DNA of 64,000 nt from Candidatus Sulfomarinibacteraceae bacterium (GCA_963796455.1 CAWCLO010000001.1:1024001-1088000), one strand, 5' to 3'. Positions 14,151 to 23,137 are shown, numbered from the stretch's first letter. Numbers and translations: made by a program. The notes: a model not told the origin generated them from the sequence alone.

Positions 14151-15398
14151 ATGACTGACTCGCTGTCACCAGCCGACCGGTCCGCCATCACCAGACTTCG
14201 AAGTCTGGCGGTGGATGCAGATCTCGATATGACCGGAGCCAGGATCCGACGAACCTCTTCGAGATTCTGCCTCGGGGTCGAACACGGTGACTACAACGGC
14301 ACCGAGCTCTTTGGAGTCGGCACCGACCGCTTCATCTGGCTTGCTTTCAAAGCGAATGACAGCGGTCGGGTTCGATTATTCAGCGGAAATTTCCCCGAAG
14401 ACGGGATCGTGTCCTTTTCAACCGGTGAGGTGCCCGAGCCGAAAAGCCCCGAAATCGCGCACACCTGGGCGCGATTCCCTTTCGGCGTCGCCTACGTGTT
14501 GGCGCGGGAAGGCGTCACGTTGACCAAGGGCGTCGACATCGTGATCCACGGAAATATCCCCGGCGGTGGGATGTCGCGCTCGGCCTCGCTCACCCTCAAT
14601 CTCATCCTGTCGATTCTGGACGCCAACGACCTCTCGATCGACGATCCAATGCGGGTGGCCATCCTGGCGCAAACCGTCGAAAACGAATACATCGGATCGC
14701 CCTGCGGTCTCCTCGACCAGATCATGATTCTTTTCGCGAAAGAGGGTATGGGGACTCATTACCGACCCAGCGACGGGTCGATCTCGTATGTGCCGCTCGG
14801 CGAGAAAGCGATCGATTTCAGAATCGTTGGCCTCGACACGGGAACGGTTCGTCCGGGTCTTGAAAAGTCCACCTACCATTTGCGCCGCGCGGAATGCGAA
14901 GAGTTTGTCGAGTTGTTGCGGCCGCAGTTCGGTTTCTCGTGCCTCGGGGATGTCCGCACGCAGGAGGTTCTCGAAACGATCACCAGAATATTCGGGTCCA
15001 CACACCCCCACCTCTGCGATCGCCTGATCTATATTTTTGAAGCGCAACAACGATTCTCGATGATGCTCGGTGCGTGGAAAACCGGAGACATCGAGACTGT
15101 GGGACGACTGTTCCGCGAGGACGGAATCGGCTTGCGGGACAGGTATCGGATTTCCGGGCCCGAACTCGAGACCATGTGCGATATCGCCCGCACCGTGCCC
15201 GGTGTTCTGGGTGAAAGAATGCTCGGTGGCGGTGACAAAGGCGCCGCAGGGGCCCTGGTCCGCACCGAAGCAGTCGATGCCCTGGAGCAGGCGATCGGCA
15301 CCGCGTACCCGTTGAGCCATCCGGTTTTTGCAGAAAGATCGTCGGTTCACGTATGCCGAATGGTCAAAGGAATCACGACCCTCGAAGAAGCGATCTGA
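14151..15398 (+). CDS. galK: Galactokinase-like GHMP kinase
   Basis: Motifs EHGDYN, PGGGMSRSAS, CGLLDQ, ISGPELE and GERMLGGG. The ATG at 14151 follows the symporter stop, so the longer 13545 ORF is spurious upstream. Confidence 0.8.
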   Translation: MTDSLSPADRSAITRLRSLAVDADLDMTGARIRRTSSRFCLGVEHGDYNGTELFGVGTDRFIWLAFKANDSGRVRLFSGNFPEDGIVSFSTGEVPEPKSPEIAHTWARFPFGVAYVLAREGVTLTKGVDIVIHGNIPGGGMSRSASLTLNLILSILDANDLSIDDPMRVAILAQTVENEYIGSPCGLLDQIMILFAKEGMGTHYRPSDGSISYVPLGEKAIDFRIVGLDTGTVRPGLEKSTYHLRRAECEEFVELLRPQFGFSCLGDVRTQEVLETITRIFGSTHPHLCDRLIYIFEAQQRFSMMLGAWKTGDIETVGRLFREDGIGLRDRYRISGPELETMCDIARTVPGVLGERMLGGGDKGAAGALVRTEAVDALEQAIGTAYPLSHPVFAERSSVHVCRMVKGITTLEEAI

Positions 15399-15491
15399 CT
15401 CCACTACTTGGGGATAACGCATCTTCAACGGTGACGCCGGGTTTCTCTGGTGTTATCATCTCGCCCTTGATCGCGGACCACGGAGGAAAAC

Positions 15492-16910
15492 ATGCCCCGT
15501 CGAATCAGCTTTTTCAAACAGGTCAACACGGTGTTCGACCGTGCCGCCAAACACACCGATCATTCGCGCGGCATTGTGGAGATGATCAAAGAGGTCAACA
15601 GCGTGATCCACTTCACCTTTCCGGTCAAGCGGGACAGCGGCGAGATCGAGATCCTCCACGCGTGGCGCGCCGAGCACAGCCAACACATGCTTCCCTGCAA
15701 GGGCGGTATCCGTTACGCGGCGATGGTCAACGAAGACGAAATTATGGCGCTCGCTGCCCTCATGACCTACAAGTGCGCCATCGTCGACGTTCCTTTCGGC
15801 GGCGCAAAAGGCGGCGTCAAGATCTCCGCGCACCAGTATTCCGAGAGGGAACTCGAGAGGATCACCCGCCGCTTCACCTTTGAGCTGTTCAAGAAGAACT
15901 ACATCGGACCCGGCCACGACGTCCCGTCACCGGACTATGGGACCGGCCCCCGGGAGATGGGGTGGATCGCCGATACCTATGCCACCCTCGCGCCGCAGGA
16001 TATCGACGCCCTCGGTTGTGTCACAGCCAAACCGGTGCAACAGGGTGGTATCCAGGGCCGCAAGGAGGCCACCGGCCGCGGGATTTTTTATGCACTCAGG
16101 GAGGTCTGCAGCCTCGGAAGAGACATGCGGCCGCTCGACTTGAGTCCTGGTCTCGAAGGAAAAAAAGTGGTGATCCAAGGCCTCGGAAACGTCGGTTATC
16201 ACGCCGCCAAGTTTCTCCAGGAAGATGGAGGGGCGATCATCGTCGGTCTGAGCGAATACGAGGGGGCGATTTCCAATCCGAACGGTCTGAATGTCGAAGA
16301 GGTCATGGAGCACCGCCGGGAGACGGGATCAATTCTCGATTTTCCCGGCGCCCAGAATCTCGAGACACGTGAGGCCGCCCTCGAACTGGAGTGCGACATT
16401 CTCGTGCCGGCCGCCCTCGAACACGCGATCACCATCGACAACGCACCCCGTATCAAGGCAAAGATCATCGCCGAAGCCGCCAACGGTCCACTGACTTCCG
16501 AGGCGAACGACCATCTGCACGAGCGCGGTGTGTTGGTCATCCCCGATGCCTACATCAATGCCGGTGGCGTCACGGTCTCGTATTTTGAGTGGCTCAAGAA
16601 CCTCCAGCATGTCCGCTTCGGCCGGATGGACAAGAGATTCGGGGAGAAGACCACGCTTGGGATCCTCAATGCCATCGAGCACGCCACCGGCAGCGTTTTT
16701 TCAGAGGCCGAGATCTCGAGCTTTTCACGCGGCGCGGAAGAACTCGATCTCGTCAACTCCGGTCTGGAGGAGACGATGGCCAAGGCCTATCACGAGATCC
16801 GCGAAATCAAGCAATCGGTTTCCGAGAACATCGATCTTCGAACCGCAGCCATGATCAGCGCGATCAACAAGATCGCGATGGTTTACGGGCACCGGGGTAT
16901 CTTCCCCTAG
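15492..16910 (+). CDS. gdh: Glu/Leu/Phe/Val dehydrogenase (glutamate dehydrogenase)
   Basis: Motifs PCKGGIRY, MTYKCAIVDVPFGGAKGG, ATGRG, QGLGNVG, EAANGP and NAGGVTVSYFEW. RBS GGAGG. Confidence 0.95.
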   Translation: MPRRISFFKQVNTVFDRAAKHTDHSRGIVEMIKEVNSVIHFTFPVKRDSGEIEILHAWRAEHSQHMLPCKGGIRYAAMVNEDEIMALAALMTYKCAIVDVPFGGAKGGVKISAHQYSERELERITRRFTFELFKKNYIGPGHDVPSPDYGTGPREMGWIADTYATLAPQDIDALGCVTAKPVQQGGIQGRKEATGRGIFYALREVCSLGRDMRPLDLSPGLEGKKVVIQGLGNVGYHAAKFLQEDGGAIIVGLSEYEGAISNPNGLNVEEVMEHRRETGSILDFPGAQNLETREAALELECDILVPAALEHAITIDNAPRIKAKIIAEAANGPLTSEANDHLHERGVLVIPDAYINAGGVTVSYFEWLKNLQHVRFGRMDKRFGEKTTLGILNAIEHATGSVFSEAEISSFSRGAEELDLVNSGLEETMAKAYHEIREIKQSVSENIDLRTAAMISAINKIAMVYGHRGIFP

Positions 16911-17003
16911 CCCGGATACACGATCTGAGATCACTGCTGCCCGAAACAAATCGTCGATGAAGTTGCAAACTTGACAACTCGAGGTTGAGTGGTTGGTTTT
17001 TGG

Positions 17004-17346
17004 CATTTCCGGTTCGCGGTTGCCCGCGCCATATTTCGATTCCGTCTCAGTGCCCGACTTGCAGCGACTGCGACGGTATTCAGCGCCAGCGACAGTGTCC
17101 AGCTTCAGCGGCAGGGAACAGCGATCAGGTCCAGCGACGGCGTGGCAACCTCCGGGCTGTTCAACAAAAGGAACAGCCGTTGTGGTGTATGCGTCTCGCC
17201 TGCACACCGTGCGGCCGAGACGGCCGCACTACAAAGACCGAAGCCCCGAAGGAATGAGTGCTGTTCGCTGTCCCGGTCGCTGATCGCTGTCGCTGATGAC
17301 TGACCGCTGCCGCTGACTGCTGTTCGCTGACGCTGTCCCTGGACGC
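17004..17346 (+). mobile_element. Gene-less sister copy of the four-helix-bundle cassette (CAGCG-rich arm, central hairpin, CGCTG-rich arm)
   Basis: Shares CATTTCCGGTTCGC, CAGCGACAGTGTCCAGC, GTTCAACA, CTGTTCGCTG and CGCTGTCCCTG in the same order with 22030-22808. Confidence 0.65.
17180..17234. repeat. REP-like inverted doublet
   Basis: TTGTGG-TGTATGCG-TCT-CGCCTGCA and TGCGGCCG-AGA-CGGCCGCA-CTACAA form two palindromes with GTGG/GTAG feet in inverted orientation. Confidence 0.55.
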
Positions 17347-17388
17347 GGTCAGAGACACCGCACTGAACAGGAGTAATCCAAGAACCAA

Positions 17389-17432
17389 GAAAACAAACCA
17401 CCCACCCCGTTGTATTCAACTGGGGTGGGTGG
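17389..17432 (-). terminator. Intrinsic terminator of the lipoprotein gene
   Basis: Stem CCACCCACCCC / GGGGTGGGTGG followed on the minus strand by TTTGTTTTC. Confidence 0.7.
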
Positions 17433-17470
17433 CGCATGAATCGTGGACTGTCAATCCAGGCGAATGGGAG

Positions 17471-18076
17471 CTATTTCGCTTCCAACTCGAAGGGGATGCG
17501 AATCTCGCTCTCCGGCAAATCGATGCCCAGGACCCACCGACCTGACTGGATTCCACCGGGAACCTGGACAAAGAGCCGGCCGAAACAGGCTCGCTGTTGG
17601 TTGAGGACCACTTCGTCAAAGGAGACACCGCCGCCGGGGGCCACGAAAAACTGCATCGAACAGTCTTCCCGGTTGGGGGGGAAGTACTCGAGCGGATCTC
17701 GATTGACATTCGCTCTCTGGATGGTCGGCCGCAGCTCACCCCAGGCATCGTTGAACTCAGTCTGGGAGGCGATGGAAATTCGAGATCCTGACGGCGACCG
17801 CAGGAAGATGTTCTCTCGCTCGACCTTTGGTGTTTGGCCCGCCGGCGCACTCAGCCCGAGCTCCAGAATCATCCACTCGTCACCGAGCTGGGTGTTTGCA
17901 AAACGATAGCCGAGGATGACCCACAGCTCCGGGCCGAACTGTTTGAGGACATACTGACCCATGCGTTCGACGCCGGGGGTATCGGTCGGTGTCGCAGACG
18001 AGCACCCGGTAACGGTCAATGTCAAACTGAGGATGGCGGCCACAACCAGGGTCGCCTTGGCACATTTCGATTTCAT
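17471..18076 (-). CDS. Hypothetical lipoprotein
   Basis: MKSKCAKATLVVAAILSLTLTVTGC signal peptide with lipobox, a purine-rich RBS and a downstream terminator. Confidence 0.75.
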   Translation of the reverse strand: MKSKCAKATLVVAAILSLTLTVTGCSSATPTDTPGVERMGQYVLKQFGPELWVILGYRFANTQLGDEWMILELGLSAPAGQTPKVERENIFLRSPSGSRISIASQTEFNDAWGELRPTIQRANVNRDPLEYFPPNREDCSMQFFVAPGGGVSFDEVVLNQQRACFGRLFVQVPGGIQSGRWVLGIDLPESEIRIPFELEAK

Positions 18077-18362
18077 TTTCGCCCCTTTCTTTCTCGGACT
18101 CTCGATACTTGTTTGCAATCTCAATGCCAGAAAGTTTCAGGGAATTCCACCCGAACACACATCCGATGTGTCTCCATACGGCGACACCATGTCCTGAATC
18201 TTTCGTTTTCCGCTTCATTCTCTCCCAGCCGCCTGCCAAAGTCGAGTGGCGCGATCGACCCGGGACGCGGTATCCTATGCCTGTATCTCCGGCCGGTTTG
18301 AATCACCCGGTTCCCGGCCGGAACAGTCAGCAGCCCAAAGAACTCAAAGAACGGAGGAACGC

Positions 18363-19415
18363 ATGGACGAACCTCGCTACTACTTCCTCGATGATCGGAG
18401 GACGGCCGATCTCGAATTCTCGAAGCTCGGATTCGACTACCTCGATTGCCCCTATCGCTTCGAGGCTGTTTTTGAGCACGGAGTGTGGCGAGCGCGGGGG
18501 CTGTTGGAGGACAACGCGGTCCATATCCCAGAGGGCAGCCAGAGCCTCCACTACGGCCAGCAACTTTTTGAGGGTATGAAGGTCCAACGAGGAGGCGACG
18601 GCAAGGTCTATGCTTTCCGCCCGTTTGACAACTCTCGCAGGCTCAACGAGGGCGCCCGCTATCTCCAGGGCCCGGAGGTTCCCGAGGCGCTCTTTATCAG
18701 GGGAATCGAAGAGGTCGTCAGGGCAAACGAGCCATACGTTCCTCCTTTTGCCTGCGGTGCATCGATGTACATCCGTCCGTTTTATTTCGGCGTCGGCGAC
18801 AACGTCGGAGTCAAACCCGCTTCAAAATATGTCTTCCGCATATTCGTGAGCCCGGTGGGGCCCTACTATCGCGGCGGTTTCGGCCCCGACCAGGGCAAGC
18901 CCTTCATGGTCAGCCGCTACGACCGTGCCGCACCCCATGGCTCGGGGCACATCAAGGCCGGCGGAAACTACGCCTCCTCATTTTTCCCCGGCGGCGAGGC
19001 CAAGGCCACGGGATATATCGATGCCCTGTATCTCGACCCCACCGAACGACGCTATATCGAGGAGGTCGGTGCGGCCAACTTCCTGGCATTCAAAGGCGAC
19101 TCGCTGTTGACTCCCAAATCACCGAGCATTCTTCCGTCGATCACCCGCATCTCTCTGATGGAAATCGCCTCGAAGGTTTTTGGGTGGCCTACCGAAGAAC
19201 GAAAAATCGCTCTTGAGGAGCTCGACGAAATTTCGGCCGCGGCCTGTTGTGGAACCGCCGCCGTGATCACCTGGATCAACCGGATTGTGGATGGTGATCG
19301 GGATTGGACCTTTGGCTTCGACGAGCGCTGGCAAGAGCTTTACGACGTGCTTGTGGGCATCCAAACTGCAACCCATGAGGACAGTTTCGGTTGGAGGCAC
19401 GAGATCCCGATGTGA
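18363..19415 (+). CDS. ilvE: Branched-chain amino acid aminotransferase
   Basis: Motifs LHYGQQLFEGMK, YIRP, IKAGGNY (PLP Lys), EEVGAAN, ILPSITR and GTAAVI. GGAGG precedes the ATG at 18363. Confidence 0.95.
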   Translation: MDEPRYYFLDDRRTADLEFSKLGFDYLDCPYRFEAVFEHGVWRARGLLEDNAVHIPEGSQSLHYGQQLFEGMKVQRGGDGKVYAFRPFDNSRRLNEGARYLQGPEVPEALFIRGIEEVVRANEPYVPPFACGASMYIRPFYFGVGDNVGVKPASKYVFRIFVSPVGPYYRGGFGPDQGKPFMVSRYDRAAPHGSGHIKAGGNYASSFFPGGEAKATGYIDALYLDPTERRYIEEVGAANFLAFKGDSLLTPKSPSILPSITRISLMEIASKVFGWPTEERKIALEELDEISAAACCGTAAVITWINRIVDGDRDWTFGFDERWQELYDVLVGIQTATHEDSFGWRHEIPM

Positions 19416-19437
19416 TCTCAGTCCGAACTCAACGGGG

Positions 19438-19791
19438 TCAGTCAGTCGCTCCCAGTTCCAAAACAGCTTGTTCCTTCTCGTCGTAGATGGCGAAAATCTC
19501 ATCGAGGCGAGTCAACCTCAAGAGACTCAGAATACGACCGTGAGGTCGGTAGAGAGCGAGCCGGCGGCCCACCTTCTCGAATCGTTGGAGATAACCGACC
19601 AGCTCACCGAGACCGGTCGAATCCACGCTGTCGATCCCCGACATATCAACCAGCACCGCGGGAACGTCCGAATTCAGCAGCTCTTCGAGATAGGCAGAAA
19701 AACGACGTGCGGACTCTCCGAAATTGATGACCCCACGCACATCGACGATGGTCACGCCCCGATCCTCGGATCGCTCGATCTCCATCTTCAT
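19438..19791 (-). CDS. STAS-domain anti-sigma factor antagonist
   Basis: Phospho-Ser motif VDMSGIDSVDSTGLGELV and LRLTRLDEIF. Confidence 0.9.
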   Translation of the reverse strand: MKMEIERSEDRGVTIVDVRGVINFGESARRFSAYLEELLNSDVPAVLVDMSGIDSVDSTGLGELVGYLQRFEKVGRRLALYRPHGRILSLLRLTRLDEIFAIYDEKEQAVLELGATD

Positions 19792-19952
19792 ATCCCTTCC
19801 CTGCAAAGTGTCTGCCGTTTCCCGAACAGAACCGGGAACGTCGCTCAGCCACATCGAGACATTGGTGATCGCTTCGGCGGCCATTGTACGAGCGGTTTCG
19901 ACACGAAGGCAAGTTTGATTTCGAGCTTTTTCTCAAACCGCCACGACGTCAA

Positions 19953-20381
19953 TCAAAACGGCCACCACCATCGACGGGCCGGCAAGGGTTGAATATCACC
20001 CCCTCCCGCGGCGACCGCTGACAGCGCGCGTTGTCGTTCGAGAGGGTCACGTTCGACCAACAGGCAGTCGACCTCTTCAATCCTATCCAGCAGTTCCGGG
20101 ACCGAGTTGAGGACCAAAACATCGAGAAACTCCTTCTCGGGGAGAGCATCCGCCACGGCTTCCGAAACCATATTCAGGGCCGAGCGCAACGAGCCCACCG
20201 CCTCCGGTTCGAGCCACACAAAGAGCGTCGGCGAAGGCCCCCCGTCGACACCCGCGACCTCCACATCGACCAGGTAGGCAAAAGCAAGATCCGGACATGA
20301 CCGAAGACAAAGCCCGAGATTGCCGAGAATCTCTTCCGAGAGGGGCTGGTGCGGTCTGGAGATGGTGATTTCGTCGTTCAT
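19953..20381 (-). CDS. Hypothetical protein, SseB C-terminal-domain-like
   Basis: Coherent ORF (P..L...L......PDLAFAYL) ending in RRWWWPF. The family call is by resemblance only. Confidence 0.55.
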   Translation of the reverse strand: MNDEITISRPHQPLSEEILGNLGLCLRSCPDLAFAYLVDVEVAGVDGGPSPTLFVWLEPEAVGSLRSALNMVSEAVADALPEKEFLDVLVLNSVPELLDRIEEVDCLLVERDPLERQRALSAVAAGGGDIQPLPARRWWWPF

Positions 20382-20475
20382 GTCGGCAATGAAAGATCTT
20401 ACAGGACCCGTTCCAACCTCATCCGATGTGACGCGAGGCATGGACCGCGTTCAGTGAAGGAGCTATGGTGAAAAA

Positions 20476-21429
20476 ATGGTATTTTGGAGAATATGCACGC
20501 TGTGGCTGATCGGAACGGCCTGTGCCACCGTGGCCTCGGGTGAAGACTTCGAGGATGCGTTGCAACGCGCCCGGTCGGCCGCCGAAGCACATCGTTACCA
20601 AGAGGCCATCGAGATCCTGACCCCCTTCAACTCCGCCGAAGACCCCGATCGGCGTTACATCACCGCCGCTGAGATCGGTCGAGCCTATTTTCATATGGGT
20701 CAATACAAGCCTGCCGACAGCGCGTTTCGGCAGGCGGTTCGCCTGCATCCCGAATATGTCGAAACCGCCGTCTATCTCGAGGCCACCTCATTCCTCCTTG
20801 GGAACCGAGGCCAGGCATTGCTGATTCTCGAAGAACTCCTGGCGAGCGGCGCGATCGATCTCTACCTCGCGGTCACCCTTCCCGGGGAGCGCGCCTTTCT
20901 CGCCGACCCGGAGGTCCAGTCGGTAATCAATCGCCACGCCCGTGCTCTCGATCTCGATCCCTTGGCAGGCACATTCAACGGCATCGCCCTCGGTGACTCC
21001 AGAGCAGATGTGGTCGCGGCGCTCTCAGCCCATTCCCCTGATCCTTCAAAACCGACACTCTCCGCCTCTGCCGGTCCTGCCGTCATCTGGGCATTTCAAT
21101 TTGATGGCGCGGATCGACTTGCCGAGGTCATTCTCCAAACCGACAACCTCTCTCGCTATACCCCCTACCGTCTTCGCATCGGCGATGGCCTGGACTGGCG
21201 TGCGACCCCGGCTGCTGCGGTCGCAGCCCTTGGGCCGCCACGCACCATGAAACCGGCGGATGACGGCTCCATGGCGGCGAGCTGGGACTATCCAAACCAC
21301 CGATTGACTCTTTTTTTTGCAACGCCACGGGAACCGAGGCCGGACGGAGTGCCAGAAGGGGCGGCCATGATCCGTGCCGCCCAGATTGGTCGCCACGCAC
21401 CGGGTTCTGCTGATACGATGAATCGATGA
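20476..21429 (+). CDS. Exported TPR-containing protein
   Basis: Signal peptide and TPR-like IGRAYFHMGQYKPADSAFRQAVRLHP. Confidence 0.75.
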   Translation: MVFWRICTLWLIGTACATVASGEDFEDALQRARSAAEAHRYQEAIEILTPFNSAEDPDRRYITAAEIGRAYFHMGQYKPADSAFRQAVRLHPEYVETAVYLEATSFLLGNRGQALLILEELLASGAIDLYLAVTLPGERAFLADPEVQSVINRHARALDLDPLAGTFNGIALGDSRADVVAALSAHSPDPSKPTLSASAGPAVIWAFQFDGADRLAEVILQTDNLSRYTPYRLRIGDGLDWRATPAAAVAALGPPRTMKPADDGSMAASWDYPNHRLTLFFATPREPRPDGVPEGAAMIRAAQIGRHAPGSADTMNR

Positions 21430-22001
21430 CTCATATGCCATCATCACTGGCCGGTAGCATCCTGATTGCAATGCCGGGTCTCGCCGACCCGAATTTTTGG
21501 CATTCGGTGGTGTTGCTTGGAGTGCATTCGGACGAGGAGGGGGCCTTCGGGCTTGTGATCAACCGAAGCCTCGACGTCAATCTCGACGTGATTCTGGACG
21601 AACTTGGCGAAGAACCGGTGGGTTCCGATGTTCCAGAAGTTCTGGCGGGCGGCCCGGTGCAACCGGGCCACGGATTTGTACTTTTTGAACGCGGGGTGGC
21701 GATACCCGATGACGACGATATCGAGATCTCCGATTCGCTGGTTGTCTCTGGCAACACCGAGACCCTGACCCGGCTGGCCCACGGAGGCGGCGAAAACCGC
21801 TTCTCCCTGCTGCTTGGATATTCGGGATGGCACCCAGGTCAGCTCGAGCGCGAGATCGAAGAAAACTCGTGGGTCGTGGCACCGCTGGACAAATCGATCA
21901 TTTTTGATGTGCCGGTGGAGGATCGCTGGACCGCCGCGCTGAGGTCGATTGGTGTAGATCCCGGGACCCTGGTGGATACCGGATCCAGCGAACCGAGCTG
22001 A
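21426..22001 (+). CDS. yqgE: YqgE/AlgH family protein
   Basis: Motifs LIAMPGLADPNF, GAFGLVIN, GGPVQP and GYSGWHPGQLEREIEENSW. Confidence 0.95.
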   Translation: MTHMPSSLAGSILIAMPGLADPNFWHSVVLLGVHSDEEGAFGLVINRSLDVNLDVILDELGEEPVGSDVPEVLAGGPVQPGHGFVLFERGVAIPDDDDIEISDSLVVSGNTETLTRLAHGGGENRFSLLLGYSGWHPGQLEREIEENSWVVAPLDKSIIFDVPVEDRWTAALRSIGVDPGTLVDTGSSEPS

Positions 22002-22029
22002 CACACACGGTTTTCGGGTCGATTTTCGA

Positions 22030-22808
22030 CATTTCCGGTTCGCCTTTGCCCCGTGTTCGCGGCCATATTGCAGCGGCAGCGACAGTGTCCAGCGTCAGCG
22101 ACAGGAACAGCGAACAGGGACAGCGGTCAGTGTTCAGCGACGGAGAGCAGCGGCAGCGGTCAGGAGTACAGGCGACGAAGTGGCCACCTCCGAGTCGTTC
22201 AACAGAAAGGGGTAGCCGGTGGGCGGCCGATGTCAAGGACAGGCAGGGTGCAGGGCATCCTTGACATCGGCCACCACACCGGCTTGTGGGTATGGGCATG
22301 AACGACCCGGAGGTGACCATGTCCAACGCCGCCACGAACACCAACCTCATTGCCCACTCGAAAGCCCTCGAAGCAGCAGGAATCGCGATCAAACTCGTGA
22401 TGAGAGTTCCCGCTCCGCTGAAATCCATAGCCGATCAGGTGATCCGGTCGGCAAGTTCAGTCCCTGCTAACTTGGCGGAAGGGCACGGCCGAGTCGGTAG
22501 AGACCGGTCGAACCACTGGAGAATCGCCTACGCCTCGGCCAAAGAGGTCGACAGCCACTTGGAGCTCCTCGCCCGCGCCGGGGCAGTCAGCCCCAATGGC
22601 GCCAGTGAAGCGATGAATGCCTTCGATCAGGTCCGTGCCATGACCTGGCGATTGCTCAACCCAAAGTCTTGATTTCAGGGCTCCATACCAGTCAAACGTG
22701 ACGCTGACTACTGTTCGCTGGCCGCTGTCCCTGAACGCTGCTACCTGTCGCTGCCCCTGACTCCTGTTAACTGACGCCGTCTGCCGTTCCCCGTGGCTGT
22801 CCCTGAAC
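22030..22808 (+). mobile_element. Four-helix-bundle cassette with complementary low-complexity arms
   Basis: 5' arm CAGCGAACAG (22108-22117) and CAGGGACAGCGG (22115-22126) are exact reverse complements of 3' arm 22711-22720 and 22722-22733. A 15-bp perfect hairpin lies at 22225-22239/22258-22272. Confidence 0.65.
22319..22672 (+). CDS. Four helix bundle protein (23S rRNA IVS protein / Avd-like family)
   Basis: Motif IADQVIRSASSVPANLAEGHGR...WRIAYASAKEVDSHL. GGAGGTG precedes the ATG at 22319. Confidence 0.9.
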   Translation: MSNAATNTNLIAHSKALEAAGIAIKLVMRVPAPLKSIADQVIRSASSVPANLAEGHGRVGRDRSNHWRIAYASAKEVDSHLELLARAGAVSPNGASEAMNAFDQVRAMTWRLLNPKS

Positions 22809-22849
22809 GTTTTCCGAGCCACCGTCTCGAACAAGGGTGGCTCTTGCCA

Positions 22850-23018
22850 ACAAAAACGCCCGGCTGCGTTCAGCCGGGCGATGTTTGAATCGGGAGGGTC
22901 GGTTCCGCCAATTAGGTAGGAAAAGACGATGGGAAATGTGGCAGGCCTTTAAAGGTTGGCCTTTATCGGCAGGTTTCAAGGTGGTCAGCTTCCCCGGACC
23001 CCTCCCTTTCTCAATTGA
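22850..23018 (-). ncRNA. Candidate small RNA of about 165 nt
   Basis: Bounded by a minus-strand promoter and a terminator. The ends GGGAGGGGTCCGG and CCGACCCTCCC are complementary, and there is no credible ORF. Confidence 0.45.
22851..22880 (-). terminator. Intrinsic terminator
   Basis: 10-bp stem CGCCCGGCTG/CAGCCGGGCG with a 4-nt loop, followed on the minus strand by TTTTTG. Confidence 0.8.
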
Positions 23019-23024
23019 TGCCTG

Positions 23025-23053
23025 ATCATAACACGCAGCCCGAACGGAGTCCA
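23025..23053 (-). promoter_or_regulatory. Sigma70-type promoter for the candidate sRNA
   Basis: TGGACT-17 nt-TATGAT with an extended TG. An inverted repeat CAGAATCA-N8-TGATTCTG lies upstream at 23068-23091. Confidence 0.55.
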
Positions 23054-23137
23054 GACTATTAGTCCAACAGAATCATGGGTTTGTGATTCTGAATGGCAGT
23101 ATCAATTTCATTGGTCCCCGACCTGAAACGGCGTGTA

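Noticed and set aside
12259..14169. Long antisense ORFs (also 23..1069, 23877..25088, 34315..35358, 56475..57902 and others)
   Set aside because: They are shadow ORFs opposite well-supported genes in GC-rich DNA and carry no motifs.
22030..22808. Diversity-generating retroelement or rRNA IVS
   Set aside because: An Avd/IVS-like protein is present, but there is no reverse transcriptase, TR/VR pair or flanking rRNA in the window.
22767..22979. 70-aa ORF in the candidate sRNA region
   Set aside because: It has a TTG start, a poorly spaced SD, and reads through a strong terminator.
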